64,000 bases of DNA from the sequence record PQ349265.1, one strand, 5' to 3'. Of the stretch, positions 50,696 to 61,974 are shown one piece after another (position 1 is the first letter of the stretch; each line of letters begins with the position of its first letter). The notes beneath the pieces are model-generated. The model was not told the origin of the DNA. It searched no databases and worked only from the letters and a program-made list of their open reading frames with translations. The translations under genes were made by a program, and so were the position numbers. Source of the DNA: Escherichia phage CJY920.

Positions 50696-52674
50696 TGTGA
50701 TATAGGCTCCAAATCGATAGTTAAGTATTGTGGACGTAAATCATTTTCAAATACAATCAGTGAACCATCGCGTGTGAAAATAACATCGTCTATTGGATCA
50801 GAATATAGCTCAATAGTCTGAACCTCAAATTTATCGGATGTTAAATTAATTTTAGCGATATTCCAATAAATCATGTCAGCTGGATAATTTATTTCACCGA
50901 TAACGTAGTATTTGTCGCGTCCATCGGAACTTGCTAATTTATTAAAATCATTGCCTGTATATGGCTGAATGTTTTCATTTTCTGTAACATCACCCGAAGC
51001 AAATGGACCAATAATAACTTTGCCAATTCCTTTAGAATCTCTGTCTGTTGATACTATACGAACGTCGTATAGTATATCTTCTTCTAAACCAGTATCAGGA
51101 TTTACAACCTTTCGTCCAGAATTAAATGAAAACGTATTAGATTCCATAGAACGGTCTTTTATTTGATTATTGTATTTAATACCTGCTTCAGGCGTTTTAT
51201 AGAAGTTTTGTACTTCACGAACAATTTGAATTGTCGCTGATGAGCCAATGATAGAATGATCTGCATCATCTACATATGTCAACATCTTAGATTTAGCGAA
51301 AGATGAGTTAAAAATTTCTACATCTTCGGTATAATAACGATCAATTTTATCAATTATTTGACCTTCGAGCCACTGTTCGGATTCTTGCAGCTTATTTAAA
51401 GCATATGTGACTTTTAAATTAGTCTTAATAAAAAGGTAATTAGGAGAAATAATTGATGGTGTAATAGGAGCTAAATTATAGTCTTTGAGATAATTTTTAA
51501 TATCTTCACGCTGTACAGTAGTTAAATACAGACCTGATTTAGGTTTAGCAGCAATAAATGCATAACCGGGTTTTGTAGAATCAGTGAAAGTTTGAACTGC
51601 TTGAATAATAGAACCAAATCTCTCTGAAACGAATGTATCATAATCAGTCGCAGTTACGCAGCGTTGTTGGGTTTCGCGTTTAATAGTACCCAATTCGCGA
51701 ATACGCTCAATATCTTCTGGGTCACCGCCGCCATCTGCTCCAACGAAATCTGGGTCGTCGTTTGGATTTTCATTAATATTGATGACAGTTATATTTGTTA
51801 ATGTATCTGCGTATGAAAATCCGACTGCGCCATTCGCATCTGCACCGTTAGTACTGATGTACTCAATAACAATCGTAGAGTTCTGGGTAGGTTTAAGACC
51901 TCCAATGTAATTAGCGGTCAATGCTCCTTCTGCCGCATTAACAGAAATCTCACCTTCACCAAAATAAAATTCAGTATTTCCATCAATAGTTTCACGCATG
52001 TAGTAAATTGTTGATGTAGAACCAGCATGAACCATTGACTTTCTTGTCCAGTTAATCCATTCTGCTCCATCAACGTACAGTTTAACTTGGTTTCTATCTA
52101 TATTTTTGTCATAAATGATAATCGGTGTTAATTTATCATAAATGATTTCAGTTCTTACTATACGTCCCTGGGCTAATTTTAAACGCGGAAAATATTGGTT
52201 ATTTTTATCACGAATAGCAATAACATCTTCGGTAGAAACGAAGTTATATGGATTAACAGAAGTATCCTTTGCATATGCTAAAAAGCGAGTTCCGCGAGGA
52301 ATAGTAATGTAATTCCTATTCAATGCGTCGGTGCATGTTAACATAATTTCGGTCTGCGCAGCGGATTTTGAAGTAGGTAAATATCCGTTATCTTGCGCAG
52401 CTTGAACAACTGAACTTCGTAAGTTAGCAGTACGCATAAAGCTTTCATACAAGGCAGCATTACCAAACTGCTGAATGTACAACGTATTATAAGCTAAAAG
52501 GTCACACAGAACGTTTAATCTTGAACCTTCAAAATCATAATCCAAAAATTCATTTTGGCCATTAAGCCATTCAATGAGGTTTTGTTTTATTTCAGCAAAT
52601 GTACCCCCGACGAATATCTCGGGAATAGCATTTGCTGTTCGTGTTAATTGATAATTTACAGGGGTATTTGCCAT
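50692..52674 (-). CDS. 6: baseplate wedge protein gp6
   Basis: 660 aa matching T4 gp6. Confidence 0.9.
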   Translation of the reverse strand: MANTPVNYQLTRTANAIPEIFVGGTFAEIKQNLIEWLNGQNEFLDYDFEGSRLNVLCDLLAYNTLYIQQFGNAALYESFMRTANLRSSVVQAAQDNGYLPTSKSAAQTEIMLTCTDALNRNYITIPRGTRFLAYAKDTSVNPYNFVSTEDVIAIRDKNNQYFPRLKLAQGRIVRTEIIYDKLTPIIIYDKNIDRNQVKLYVDGAEWINWTRKSMVHAGSTSTIYYMRETIDGNTEFYFGEGEISVNAAEGALTANYIGGLKPTQNSTIVIEYISTNGADANGAVGFSYADTLTNITVININENPNDDPDFVGADGGGDPEDIERIRELGTIKRETQQRCVTATDYDTFVSERFGSIIQAVQTFTDSTKPGYAFIAAKPKSGLYLTTVQREDIKNYLKDYNLAPITPSIISPNYLFIKTNLKVTYALNKLQESEQWLEGQIIDKIDRYYTEDVEIFNSSFAKSKMLTYVDDADHSIIGSSATIQIVREVQNFYKTPEAGIKYNNQIKDRSMESNTFSFNSGRKVVNPDTGLEEDILYDVRIVSTDRDSKGIGKVIIGPFASGDVTENENIQPYTGNDFNKLASSDGRDKYYVIGEINYPADMIYWNIAKINLTSDKFEVQTIELYSDPIDDVIFTRDGSLIVFENDLRPQYLTIDLEPISQ

Positions 52675-52682
52675 TTTAAATC

Positions 52683-52976
52683 CTATTTAATGAATACTTT
52701 AGATGATGCCTGAGCCACAGTATCACCGCATGATATTGGATCAGCCATTTGAACAGCTTTCTTTCCATTGACATATACCTTAGAAGTTCTAGGTTGTGTC
52801 ACTCCGCCATGTGTTTCATATGGCTTTTTAATTTCTGTATGTTCTGTAATTGGATCACCTGCTACGAGAACAGCAATTCCTCCAGTGAATACTTTACTTT
52901 GTGTAGCATTCACAACTGTTGGAGGCCATACTTCATGGCCAGCAGTAACACACTTATCATAACTTAATCCTGACAT
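52683..52976 (-). CDS. 5.4: PAAR-repeat spike tip protein gp5.4
   Basis: 97 aa; position upstream of gene 6. Confidence 0.75.
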   Translation of the reverse strand: MSGLSYDKCVTAGHEVWPPTVVNATQSKVFTGGIAVLVAGDPITEHTEIKKPYETHGGVTQPRTSKVYVNGKKAVQMADPISCGDTVAQASSKVFIK

Positions 52977-53554
52977 TTATAATACCCCGCTTTAACTCGC
53001 CCCTTTAAGGTACTATAATTTATATTAAGAGCTTTAGCTGCGATTTTAATACTTTTATATAAAACGCCGTTGATAATAATAGATTTAGCATTAGGGGCTA
53101 TTTTGCCATACATTGGGTTATTGGCGCCGCACATCTTCGGAGTTTTACCTCTAGGCCCTCTAGGCCCTCTTTTTCTAGACGATTTAATGCTAATTTTCAA
53201 TCTAGTTTCACGCGAATGAGATTTACCGTAAAATCCATTTTTAACACCCGCTGTGCTATGTTTTGGGAAGCCACCGATACCACCTAGTTTCATATTATAA
53301 GTTTTCTCAGATTTAACAAATTCCTCTGTGACTATTTCTGCCTCTGCGTCATACATAGCTTTTTCAGATTCAAAGAATTTTATAATATGCTTATAAAAAT
53401 TATCTATGCCATATTTTTTAATGGCATTTTTAATGGCAACGCCAGAACCCATATACCCATCATCCAAATTTGAAGTTTTATGGACACCTACATAAATTTT
53501 TCCCGTTGTTTTATTAGTTATTGAATACAAATAAAAATATTTATGGCCTCTCAT
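52964..53554 (-). CDS. GIY-YIG homing endonuclease (Seg-like) with NUMOD-like repeats and C-terminal HTH
   Basis: [17 protein letters not shown]...YMGSG; [17 protein letters not shown]; C-terminal [17 protein letters not shown]. Confidence 0.75.
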   Translation of the reverse strand: MRGHKYFYLYSITNKTTGKIYVGVHKTSNLDDGYMGSGVAIKNAIKKYGIDNFYKHIIKFFESEKAMYDAEAEIVTEEFVKSEKTYNMKLGGIGGFPKHSTAGVKNGFYGKSHSRETRLKISIKSSRKRGPRGPRGKTPKMCGANNPMYGKIAPNAKSIIINGVLYKSIKIAAKALNINYSTLKGRVKAGYYKCQD

Positions 53555-54059
53555 ACACGTAGCTTCTCAATTTATTAGCCCAACGACTCCAATTTCCAAC
53601 TATAGTTTTTGTATAATTTTTAACAAGAGTTTTTCTTATTGGAGCTGGAGGATTCGTTGGTTCAGTAGTATCAGAAGATGACCTAGAATTACTGCCAGAA
53701 CCTCCAGATTCACTTTGTTCTTGGTAGTCATATATTAATGTTACTTCGTAAGTGAATGTCTTCTGGAGGTTTTGAGGAGCTTTCCATAGATATAACTGAG
53801 TATTAGAATCAGTTGGAAGGTCTTCCCATGAAGCAGCAGTTTTAAATTCATTATCTAAACGATATTTCAACGCGTCATTTCCAAATCCAAACACAGATTC
53901 ATACGTTCCATATAAACGATTTTCTTCTACTAAAACCCCAGGAGTTTCTTCGTAACTAGTTATATTTATAGATACTAACGTTTCACCTGTTTCTAATTGA
54001 GCGGTAAAGGTGACGTCGATAGAAGAACCTTCCATGGATTCTCCTAAATCAGCGCTCAT
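53541..54059 (-). CDS. hypothetical protein (5.1-like position), 172 aa from first ATG
   Basis: Track start is TTG; first ATG at 54059. Confidence 0.5.
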   Translation of the reverse strand: MSADLGESMEGSSIDVTFTAQLETGETLVSINITSYEETPGVLVEENRLYGTYESVFGFGNDALKYRLDNEFKTAASWEDLPTDSNTQLYLWKAPQNLQKTFTYEVTLIYDYQEQSESGGSGSNSRSSSDTTEPTNPPAPIRKTLVKNYTKTIVGNWSRWANKLRSYVYERP

Positions 54060-54069
54060 TGGAAGTATA

Positions 54070-54936
54070 TTAGCCAATTGTTGAATTCTCTAATGATGTA
54101 AATTTATAATCACATTTTTTCAACGCTTTTAAAATTGCGTTATAACTTACATCCGGGAGGTCGTGTTCAATTGCTTTTTCTCTAAACCATTTGTATTTCT
54201 GTGGATGTGGTTTTCCCAAATCCTCCCAAAGTTTTTTGACTTTTTCTATACTAATCCAAGGTTCAACTGATCTTAGTTTTTTATTTCTAGCATCTAATCT
54301 CGATTTTCTTATCAAAGGATCATTCCATGATTGTTTCGTTCCTTCTATTTTTCCTGGATGATTGATTAATTTGTTTCTATATTCATCGGATTTCCATAAA
54401 GATTTAACGGTATTAGAAATACGAATTTTTAATGTTGGATCATTTTCAAAAGCAGTTTTCATCGCATTACTCATTTTCTTTCGATATTCTGGTGATGCGC
54501 ATCTTTCTTTGTTTATTTTAGATATTTTCTCTGAAAATTCTTTAGTTGACGTTGATTTAGCTAATGCCTTCAATTGAGCTTTCCTATATTCAGGATTAGA
54601 CCACATTCTCTTCAAATCTTCGGATGAAAAACCATCACCGCCGGATTTTATATTGGTACATAGAATGTCAGATGATTTATATTTCGAAATCCAATACCTT
54701 TCTCTTAAATTAAGAATTTCATAAGTAGAAACAAATTCAATTATTTCAAAATCTATTTTATAACCAGGTTTATTGCGTATCTTTTTAATATAATCACCGG
54801 AACCTATATACTTGTCATTTTCTAAATCAAAATATCTAGATTCATGTTTACCAATATAAACACGTACTAATCCTTTTGGATTAGTAACGGTTGTTTTATA
54901 TATGTATCTAAATTGAACAGTGTTAGATTTTTTCAT
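54070..54936 (-). CDS. GIY-YIG-type homing endonuclease with repeated W..PEYR NUMOD3-like motifs (288 aa)
   Basis: RVYIGKHES...YIGSGDYI; repeats MWSNPEYRKAQ, CASPEYRKKM, WKSDEYRNKL; AGAGGTG RBS. Confidence 0.65.
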   Translation of the reverse strand: MKKSNTVQFRYIYKTTVTNPKGLVRVYIGKHESRYFDLENDKYIGSGDYIKKIRNKPGYKIDFEIIEFVSTYEILNLRERYWISKYKSSDILCTNIKSGGDGFSSEDLKRMWSNPEYRKAQLKALAKSTSTKEFSEKISKINKERCASPEYRKKMSNAMKTAFENDPTLKIRISNTVKSLWKSDEYRNKLINHPGKIEGTKQSWNDPLIRKSRLDARNKKLRSVEPWISIEKVKKLWEDLGKPHPQKYKWFREKAIEHDLPDVSYNAILKALKKCDYKFTSLENSTIG

Positions 54937-54951
54937 AATTCACCTCTGAAT

Positions 54952-54959
54952 TATTTATA
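54952..54959 (-). promoter_or_regulatory. late promoter TATAAATA (minus strand) overlapping gene 5 stop, upstream of the GIY-YIG gene
   Basis: Plus-strand tatttata 16 nt from the endonuclease ATG. Confidence 0.45.
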
Positions 54960-56685
54960 AACCTACGTCTATACGGCTACCATCAATTGTGTATTGACCA
55001 GATGAAATAGAACTCATAGATGCCATTTTTTCTGTCCAATCGCCACCAACGTCCCAGTCAACTGTCCCAGCAACTTTCCAAGAAAGATTTCCATTTACTG
55101 TATTAGTCTGATTTCCTTCAACTAAAGTGGTAGCATCCCCTTTAACTGTAATGTCAGCATTACCTTCAACTACAATAGTAACATTACCTTTGACTAGGAT
55201 AGTTCCATTACCTTCAACCGTCTTAGTTTCATCGCCACGTACAAATATTGTATTGCTTCCATCTATTTGGTGGAGACGATTATCCATGTTGTAATAAATT
55301 TCTGATCCACCGACGTTAGTCTTTTTATCGCCAGCTACCAAAAAATTACCATCAGCATTTGTTATATCATACAAATTATCAACAGTTTTTCTTGTTCTTC
55401 TTCCTGACGGTGATACTTCTTCATAAGTTCCAGTTGGATGAACTAATCTATATCGTTCTTGCCCAGGGGTATCATCAAATTCTTGGATATGTCCGCTTTC
55501 AGTTTCCATTGTATGCACATAAGGATATTCACCTTTATATGAAGAAACTGGTTCTTTGAATAAAATTCTCGAGTCATTTGGAATAGGAGGGTCAGCAGGG
55601 TCAGAAGATTTAGCTACAGTAGCAGCCATTGCTGACAAAGACCTAGCTGGTGTTTTAACTTCAATACCGTATGATTCCAAATTACCCGTAAGAATAATCA
55701 TGGTAACACGGGATGCACGGCCTTTTGTTTGTTGATACCACAATGAATCACGACCAGCTTTATATGCTTTTTCCCAATCTCCGGCTAACATAGCTGTTAA
55801 CATTGTGCTAAATTTAGCTACACCGCCAACACCCATCTGAAATGCCATATTTTCTAATGCCATTTGACGAGAACGATTAACTGCTTGCCAAACTGGGCCA
55901 ACTTTAGAATGTGATTTAATGTCACGTTGCATATCAGCCAAATCGCGTTCAAATAAAGTTACCGCTTCTTCCATTGTAATAGAACCTGGATTTCCGGTAA
56001 TTTCACGACCAACTTGTTTTGATAAAACTTTATTAATTTGGTTCATATCACGAACTGGCTGCTTCATGATAAGATGACCAATACCAATTGTCGGATATCC
56101 TTCTGTATCCCAATAAACTTTTAGTCTTAATCCTTCATCACGGCGAAGCATTTCAGCCATTGACATATTTGGATTATCATCAGTTGGAATTTCTGATAGC
56201 GGTCTATCATCGGGATTTATCGCAGTGTCTAGATTGCTATCTTGGATAATATTAGAAGACGAATCATATCCTACTTCTCCGCCTTGGTTTAATACGTTAG
56301 TATCATTTCCTAAACGTCTAGGATACTGTCCGGTTGGGTCAGAAAATCCTTCAAGTCTATTCGGTTTTTCGCGAACTATTCCACCATACGTGCCAAGGAC
56401 AATTCCGTTAGTTTTCCATTTGTCTAAAAAATGACCATAAACTCTAGTTCCTTCTACCGGTCCAGTAACAGAACCTCCAATTCCAGACATTGCTGCAGAA
56501 GTTATAGGTTGAATAACTGACATCCATGGTAATTTTTCAGTTGGAATACCCATTACATCACCTTGTGCTCTTTGAGGTGGATGCAAACCAACCACACGAA
56601 CACGAACACGACCTAATTTTAATGGGTCCATTCTATCTTCAACAACACCAACAAACCAGTTGAGGTTATTACTTATCATTTCCAT
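54955..56685 (-). CDS. 5: baseplate central spike / tail lysozyme gp5
   Basis: 576 aa; N-terminus MEMISNNLNWFVGVVEDRMDPLKLGRVRVRV recognised as gp5. Confidence 0.9.
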   Translation of the reverse strand: MEMISNNLNWFVGVVEDRMDPLKLGRVRVRVVGLHPPQRAQGDVMGIPTEKLPWMSVIQPITSAAMSGIGGSVTGPVEGTRVYGHFLDKWKTNGIVLGTYGGIVREKPNRLEGFSDPTGQYPRRLGNDTNVLNQGGEVGYDSSSNIIQDSNLDTAINPDDRPLSEIPTDDNPNMSMAEMLRRDEGLRLKVYWDTEGYPTIGIGHLIMKQPVRDMNQINKVLSKQVGREITGNPGSITMEEAVTLFERDLADMQRDIKSHSKVGPVWQAVNRSRQMALENMAFQMGVGGVAKFSTMLTAMLAGDWEKAYKAGRDSLWYQQTKGRASRVTMIILTGNLESYGIEVKTPARSLSAMAATVAKSSDPADPPIPNDSRILFKEPVSSYKGEYPYVHTMETESGHIQEFDDTPGQERYRLVHPTGTYEEVSPSGRRTRKTVDNLYDITNADGNFLVAGDKKTNVGGSEIYYNMDNRLHQIDGSNTIFVRGDETKTVEGNGTILVKGNVTIVVEGNADITVKGDATTLVEGNQTNTVNGNLSWKVAGTVDWDVGGDWTEKMASMSSISSGQYTIDGSRIDVGL

Positions 56686-57259
56686 AAGATTTCTCCATTA
56701 TACGTATAAGGTCGTTCATAAATGAATTGATGTCTGATTTTGCTATTATTTTTATTTGACGAAGTTTTTCATTTTCAAGAACAGCCGATTCATACGTATC
56801 GACCGCAGCAAGTGCTCCTTCGTATTGAGGATATTTTCTAGCTTTATCGCCTTTATCATACCAAACATACGGATTATCATCGTATGATATTAAATTATAA
56901 AATTTTTCACCGTTCTCATTCACATGATACACTATTTGGTCTCCACCTATGTTTTTGTATTTTTGTATAGATGCTTGATAAGCAGCTTCTTGTGAAGTAA
57001 TCCATCCATAATACGGATCATAATTATCATTACACATCAATAAAACCCAATACAACTGCGGATTTCCATATATAGCATTTGCTAATTCTTCCGGGCGTGG
57101 TGAACCTTTAATATAATAAGTACGTAAGCGATATCCCGCAAGAGCGCGTTTGAAATAGTCTTTATAGTTTCTAAAAATATCTGTCATAGGAATAGTCGGC
57201 GCGTTTTTATTCACCGTTTTGGCCGCATATTCAATCGGATCAAAAAATGTAAAGAGCAT
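56669..57259 (-). CDS. 53: baseplate wedge protein gp53
   Basis: 196 aa matching T4 gp53. Confidence 0.85.
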   Translation of the reverse strand: MLFTFFDPIEYAAKTVNKNAPTIPMTDIFRNYKDYFKRALAGYRLRTYYIKGSPRPEELANAIYGNPQLYWVLLMCNDNYDPYYGWITSQEAAYQASIQKYKNIGGDQIVYHVNENGEKFYNLISYDDNPYVWYDKGDKARKYPQYEGALAAVDTYESAVLENEKLRQIKIIAKSDINSFMNDLIRIMEKSYGNDK

Positions 57260-57272
57260 GGGCCCTCCTGTT

Positions 57273-57295
57273 TATAAATATATTATCTATTTATA
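57273..57295. promoter_or_regulatory. divergent late promoters: TATAAATA 57273-57280 (+, gene 4) and 57288-57295 (-, gene 53)
   Basis: Both boxes read directly at typical distances from the start codons. Confidence 0.55.
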
Positions 57296-57306
57296 AGGAG
57301 AATCCA

Positions 57307-57759
57307 ATGGCATATTCTGGAAAATGGGTTCCTAAAAATATATCAAAATATAGAGGTGACCCTAAAAAAATTACGTATAGATCAAATTGGGAAAAATTCT
57401 TTTTTGAATGGTTAGATAAAAATCCAGAAATTATTGCATGGGGTAGTGAAACAGCAGTAATTCCTTATTTTTGTAATGCAGAAGGGAAAAAACGTAGATA
57501 CTTCATGGATATTTGGATGAAAGATTCTTCTGGACAAGAATTTTTTATTGAAATAAAGCCTAAAAAAGAAACACAACCACCAATTAAACCAGCACATCTA
57601 ACAACTGCAGCGAAGAAAAGATTTATGAATGAAATTTATACATATTCAGTTAATACTGACAAATGGAAAGCAGCTCAAGCTTTAGCTGAAAAGCGTGGAA
57701 TAAAATTTAGAATTTTAACAGAAGATGGATTACGAGCTCTTGGCTTTAAGGGGGCATAA
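57307..57759 (+). CDS. 4: head completion protein gp4
   Basis: 150 aa matching T4 gp4. Confidence 0.8.
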   Translation: MAYSGKWVPKNISKYRGDPKKITYRSNWEKFFFEWLDKNPEIIAWGSETAVIPYFCNAEGKKRRYFMDIWMKDSSGQEFFIEIKPKKETQPPIKPAHLTTAAKKRFMNEIYTYSVNTDKWKAAQALAEKRGIKFRILTEDGLRALGFKGA

Positions 57760-58586
57760 TGGCTATTTTTCAAATAATTAATGAAAGCACTCCCCAAGTT
57801 CCAAAGGTTAAGCAATCATTAAACGAAAAGAAATGGATTCAGATAGGTCTTGAATACAAAAAGGCCAAAGCAAAAGGAATGTCAGGAAAGCAATTTGCTG
57901 AAGAAAGAGGAATCAAATATTCTACGTTTACTTCAGCAATGTCAAAATATGCTTCAGGAATTAAAACAGCCGAAAAGATTCAAAATCTTGAATCAAAACC
58001 AATGAATAAACTCAATAAGCAAGAAAGACAACTGCTTATGATAAATTCATTCAGACAAACATTGCGTGATAAAATTCGTAATGAAGGCGCAGCAATTAAT
58101 AATAAAACCAGAAAGTGGTTTGCTGAAACTATTAAACAGGTAAAAGGACATAAAGTTGTTCGCCCGCAGCCGGGACGAATATATGCTTTTGCTTACGATG
58201 CTAAACACAAGGAAACTCTTCCTTATTGGGATAAATTTCCTTTGATAATTTACCTCGGTTTAGGTAAACATAATTTAATGTATGGATTGAACTTGCACTA
58301 TATTCCACCTAAAGCTCGTCAACAGTTTTTAGAAGAGCTTTTAAAGCAATATTCAAATACACCTACTATTACTAATAAAACGAAATTAAAAATTGATTGG
58401 AGTCAAGTGAAAGGATTTAGGGGTGCAGACCAAATGATTAAGGCATATATACCCGGTAATATTATGGGTAGCCTTGTTGAAATCGCCCCGAAAGACTGGG
58501 CGAACGTTGTATTAATGCCACTCCAAAGCTTCTACTCCAAAGGAAAACGTTTCTCTGCAAACAAAGTTTGGAGCAATGTACGATGA
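57759..58586 (+). CDS. 2: DNA end protector protein gp2
   Basis: 275 aa; synteny 4-2-3. Confidence 0.75.
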   Translation: MAIFQIINESTPQVPKVKQSLNEKKWIQIGLEYKKAKAKGMSGKQFAEERGIKYSTFTSAMSKYASGIKTAEKIQNLESKPMNKLNKQERQLLMINSFRQTLRDKIRNEGAAINNKTRKWFAETIKQVKGHKVVRPQPGRIYAFAYDAKHKETLPYWDKFPLIIYLGLGKHNLMYGLNLHYIPPKARQQFLEELLKQYSNTPTITNKTKLKIDWSQVKGFRGADQMIKAYIPGNIMGSLVEIAPKDWANVVLMPLQSFYSKGKRFSANKVWSNVR

Positions 58587-59242
58587 ATTATGAAAAAATT
58601 TATAATTCACTAATTGATAGGGCTCGCAATAGAGCCCTTATTGGATATAAAGAAAGACATCATATTATTCCGAAATGTTTAGGCGGTAGTAATGATGCTT
58701 CTAACTTGGTTGATTTAACTCCAGAAGAGCATTATGTTGCACATCAGCTATTAGTAAAAATACACCCAAATTCTTTAAAATTATCTTATGCAGCCATAAA
58801 AATGACGGTTTCAACTAAATATGTTAGGAGAAATAATAAAGTTTATGGTTGGTTAAAAAGAAAACATGCAAATAATATTTCAAATACACAAACTGGACGA
58901 AAATATTATAATAATGGTAAAAGATGTATAAAATTGCATGATGGAGATATAATTCCTGAGGGATTTATTTTAGGAAGAGGATGGAGTCCGACACAAGGCA
59001 CAACTCATTCTAGAAAAAATGATACATTTAAAAACAAAAAGCTTCAATCTGCTTTAGCTAATAAACGGTGGGAAAAAGAAAAGAAAATAATGTTAGATAA
59101 CTTTGGAGTTAGCACTATTGATGAAGCAAAGAAAATTGTTCTTGATTTTAAATCAACTTGTCATCCAAGATATTGGCGAAAGCCAACTTTAGAAAAATTT
59201 CCATTTATGACTTCTGCTCGTTTAAGAAGTCTAATAAATTAA
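58583..59242 (+). CDS. HNH homing endonuclease-like protein (Mob-like), paralog of the gene at 38640-39227
   Basis: ATG at 58583 (ATGA overlap with gp2 stop); [13 protein letters not shown]...[31 protein letters not shown]. Confidence 0.7.
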   Translation: MNYEKIYNSLIDRARNRALIGYKERHHIIPKCLGGSNDASNLVDLTPEEHYVAHQLLVKIHPNSLKLSYAAIKMTVSTKYVRRNNKVYGWLKRKHANNISNTQTGRKYYNNGKRCIKLHDGDIIPEGFILGRGWSPTQGTTHSRKNDTFKNKKLQSALANKRWEKEKKIMLDNFGVSTIDEAKKIVLDFKSTCHPRYWRKPTLEKFPFMTSARLRSLIN

Positions 59243-59348
59243 TTCTATTATCTTCCATTCTTTTCTATTGTTTGTTCTAATTGGAATTGAATGGAAGGGA
59301 CTTAGACCCATTATACCACCAACATTTATAAAGCATTATGAGGAATAT

Positions 59349-59879
59349 ATGTCGCAAGAACTACAACAAATTTTTAACCAAGCAAATACAACTAACTTTG
59401 TAGTATCAATACCGCATAGTAATACTACATCTGCTTTTACTTTAAATGCTCAGTCAGTTCCTATTCCAGGAATTAGGATACCTGTTACTGATACCGTGAC
59501 TGGGCCGTTTGGACTAGGCCGAGCACAGCGTCCAGGAGTTACATTTGAGTACGACCCACTCATTGTGAGATTTATAGTTGATGAAGAGCTTAAGTCGTGG
59601 ATAGGAATGTATGAATGGATGCTAGGAACTAGTAACTATCTTACAGGCGAAAATACTGCCCAAAAAACAGGTCCTGAATACATTACGCTTTACATTTTAG
59701 ATAATAGTAAAACTGAAATCGTGATGTCAATAAATTTTTATAAGCCTTGGGTTTCTGACCTGTCTGAAGTAGAATTTAGCTACACGGAAGATTCAGACCC
59801 GGCTTTAGTATGTACTGCAACGATTCCTTACACCTATTTTCAAGTAGAAAAAGATGGAAAAATTATAGCAGAAGTTTAA
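59349..59879 (+). CDS. 3: tail completion / sheath terminator protein gp3
   Basis: Start at ATG 59349 (GAGGAA RBS) gives 176 aa as recalled for T4 gp3. Confidence 0.75.
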   Translation: MSQELQQIFNQANTTNFVVSIPHSNTTSAFTLNAQSVPIPGIRIPVTDTVTGPFGLGRAQRPGVTFEYDPLIVRFIVDEELKSWIGMYEWMLGTSNYLTGENTAQKTGPEYITLYILDNSKTEIVMSINFYKPWVSDLSEVEFSYTEDSDPALVCTATIPYTYFQVEKDGKIIAEV

Positions 59880-59894
59880 TGCTTCAGTTTCATG

Positions 59895-59903
59895 TGTTAT
59901 AAT
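59895..59903 (+). promoter_or_regulatory. extended -10 promoter (TGtTATAAT) upstream of gene 1
   Basis: Read directly. Confidence 0.4.
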
Positions 59904-59928
59904 CTTAACTAAATTTGAGGAGAAACAC

Positions 59929-60653
59929 ATGAAACTAATCTTTTTAAGCGGTGTAAAGCGTAGTGGAAAAGATACTACCGCAGATTTTATCATGGAAAAT
60001 TATTCTGCAGTTAAATATCAACTTGCTGGTCCTATTAAAGATGCATTGGCTTATGCATGGGGCGTATTCGCAGCAAACACTGACTATCCTTGCTTAACTC
60101 GTAAAGAGTTTGAAGGAATTGACTATGATCGTGAGACTAATTTGAATCTGACTAAATTAGAAGTAATTACGATTATGGAACAAGCATTTTGCTATCTTAA
60201 TAGTAAAAGCCCAATTAAAGGCGTGTTTGTTTTTGATGACGAAGGAAAAGAATCAGTTACTTTCGTAGCATTTAACAAGATTGCTGACGTTATAAATAAT
60301 ATTGAAGATCAATGGTCAGTCCGTCGTCTGATGCAAGCCCTAGGTACGGATTTGATTGTTAATAACTTCGACCGCATGTATTGGGTAAAATTATTTGCTT
60401 TAGATTATCTTGATAAATTTAACTCAGGTTATGATTATTATATCGTTCCTGATACTCGTCAAGATCATGAAATGGATGCGGCTAGGGCGATGGGTGCTAC
60501 AGTAATTCATGTAGTTCGTCCTGGTCAAAAATCCAATGATACTCATATTACAGAAGCTGGATTGCCAATTCGTGATGGCGATTTAGTAATTACAAACGAT
60601 GGTTCTCTTGAAGAACTTTTTTCTAAAATTAAAAATACACTAAAGGTACTATA

Positions 60654-60654
<1 letters not shown>
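59929..60654 (+). CDS. 1: deoxynucleoside monophosphate kinase gp1
   Basis: 241 aa; P-loop GVKRSGKDT. Confidence 0.85.
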
Positions 60655-61351
<697 letters not shown>

Positions 61352-61363
61352 TTTCACAAAGTT

Positions 61364-61393
61364 GTTTACACGTTGATGAGGTAGTGATACTAT
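61364..61393 (+). promoter_or_regulatory. early promoter (GTTTAC 61364-61369; TACTAT 61388-61393) with conserved upstream element
   Basis: TTCACAAAGTTGTTTACA element read directly. Confidence 0.5.
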
Positions 61394-61423
61394 TATCTCA
61401 TCAAAATTAATTAGGAAAATAAA

Positions 61424-61711
61424 ATGAAAACTTTCAAAGAATTTACTTCTACAACTACCCCGGTTTCTACTATTACTGAAGCTACTCTTACTTCTGAAGT
61501 TATTAAAGCAAATAAAGGACGAGAAGGTAAACCAATGATTAGTTTGGTTGATGGCGAAGAAATCAAAGGTACTGTTTACCTAGGTGATGGGTGGTCTGCT
61601 AAAAAGGATGGTGCTACAATCATTATCTCTCCTGCTGAAGAAACTGCGTTGTTTAAAGCTAAACACATTTCTGCGGCACATCTCAAGATTATTGCTAAAA
61701 ATCTTTTGTAA
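61424..61711 (+). CDS. ipI: internal head protein I (IPI)-like, 95 aa
   Basis: 95 aa next to 57B as in T4; early promoter upstream. Confidence 0.6.
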   Translation: MKTFKEFTSTTTPVSTITEATLTSEVIKANKGREGKPMISLVDGEEIKGTVYLGDGWSAKKDGATIIISPAEETALFKAKHISAAHLKIIAKNLL

Positions 61712-61729
61712 TAAATATTTCACAAAGTT

Positions 61730-61759
61730 GTTTACATAGGGTTTTAGTTGTGATACTAT
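61730..61759 (+). promoter_or_regulatory. early promoter, second copy of the same element (GTTTAC 61730-61735; TACTAT 61754-61759)
   Basis: Same 18-mer as at 61353. Confidence 0.5.
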
Positions 61760-61787
61760 TACCCTATCAACTACCGAGGAGAATAAA

Positions 61788-61973
61788 ATGAAACGTTGTG
61801 AATTAATTCGAAATGTTGCTATTGCAATTTCTGCTTCCGCTTTTAGTTTTTCAATGTTTGTTGGATTTATATGCGGATTATTGACTACAGCAGAAAATGT
61901 GTTTTCACTTGTAGTAGCATTTTTAATTGGTTTAATTGCTATCGTTATGGATAAAATTTCTAAAGGTGAATAG
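61788..61973 (+). CDS. small hydrophobic (membrane) protein, 61 aa
   Basis: GAGGAG RBS; hydrophobic stretch. Confidence 0.45.
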   Translation: MKRCELIRNVAIAISASAFSFSMFVGFICGLLTTAENVFSLVVAFLIGLIAIVMDKISKGE

Positions 61974-61974
61974 A

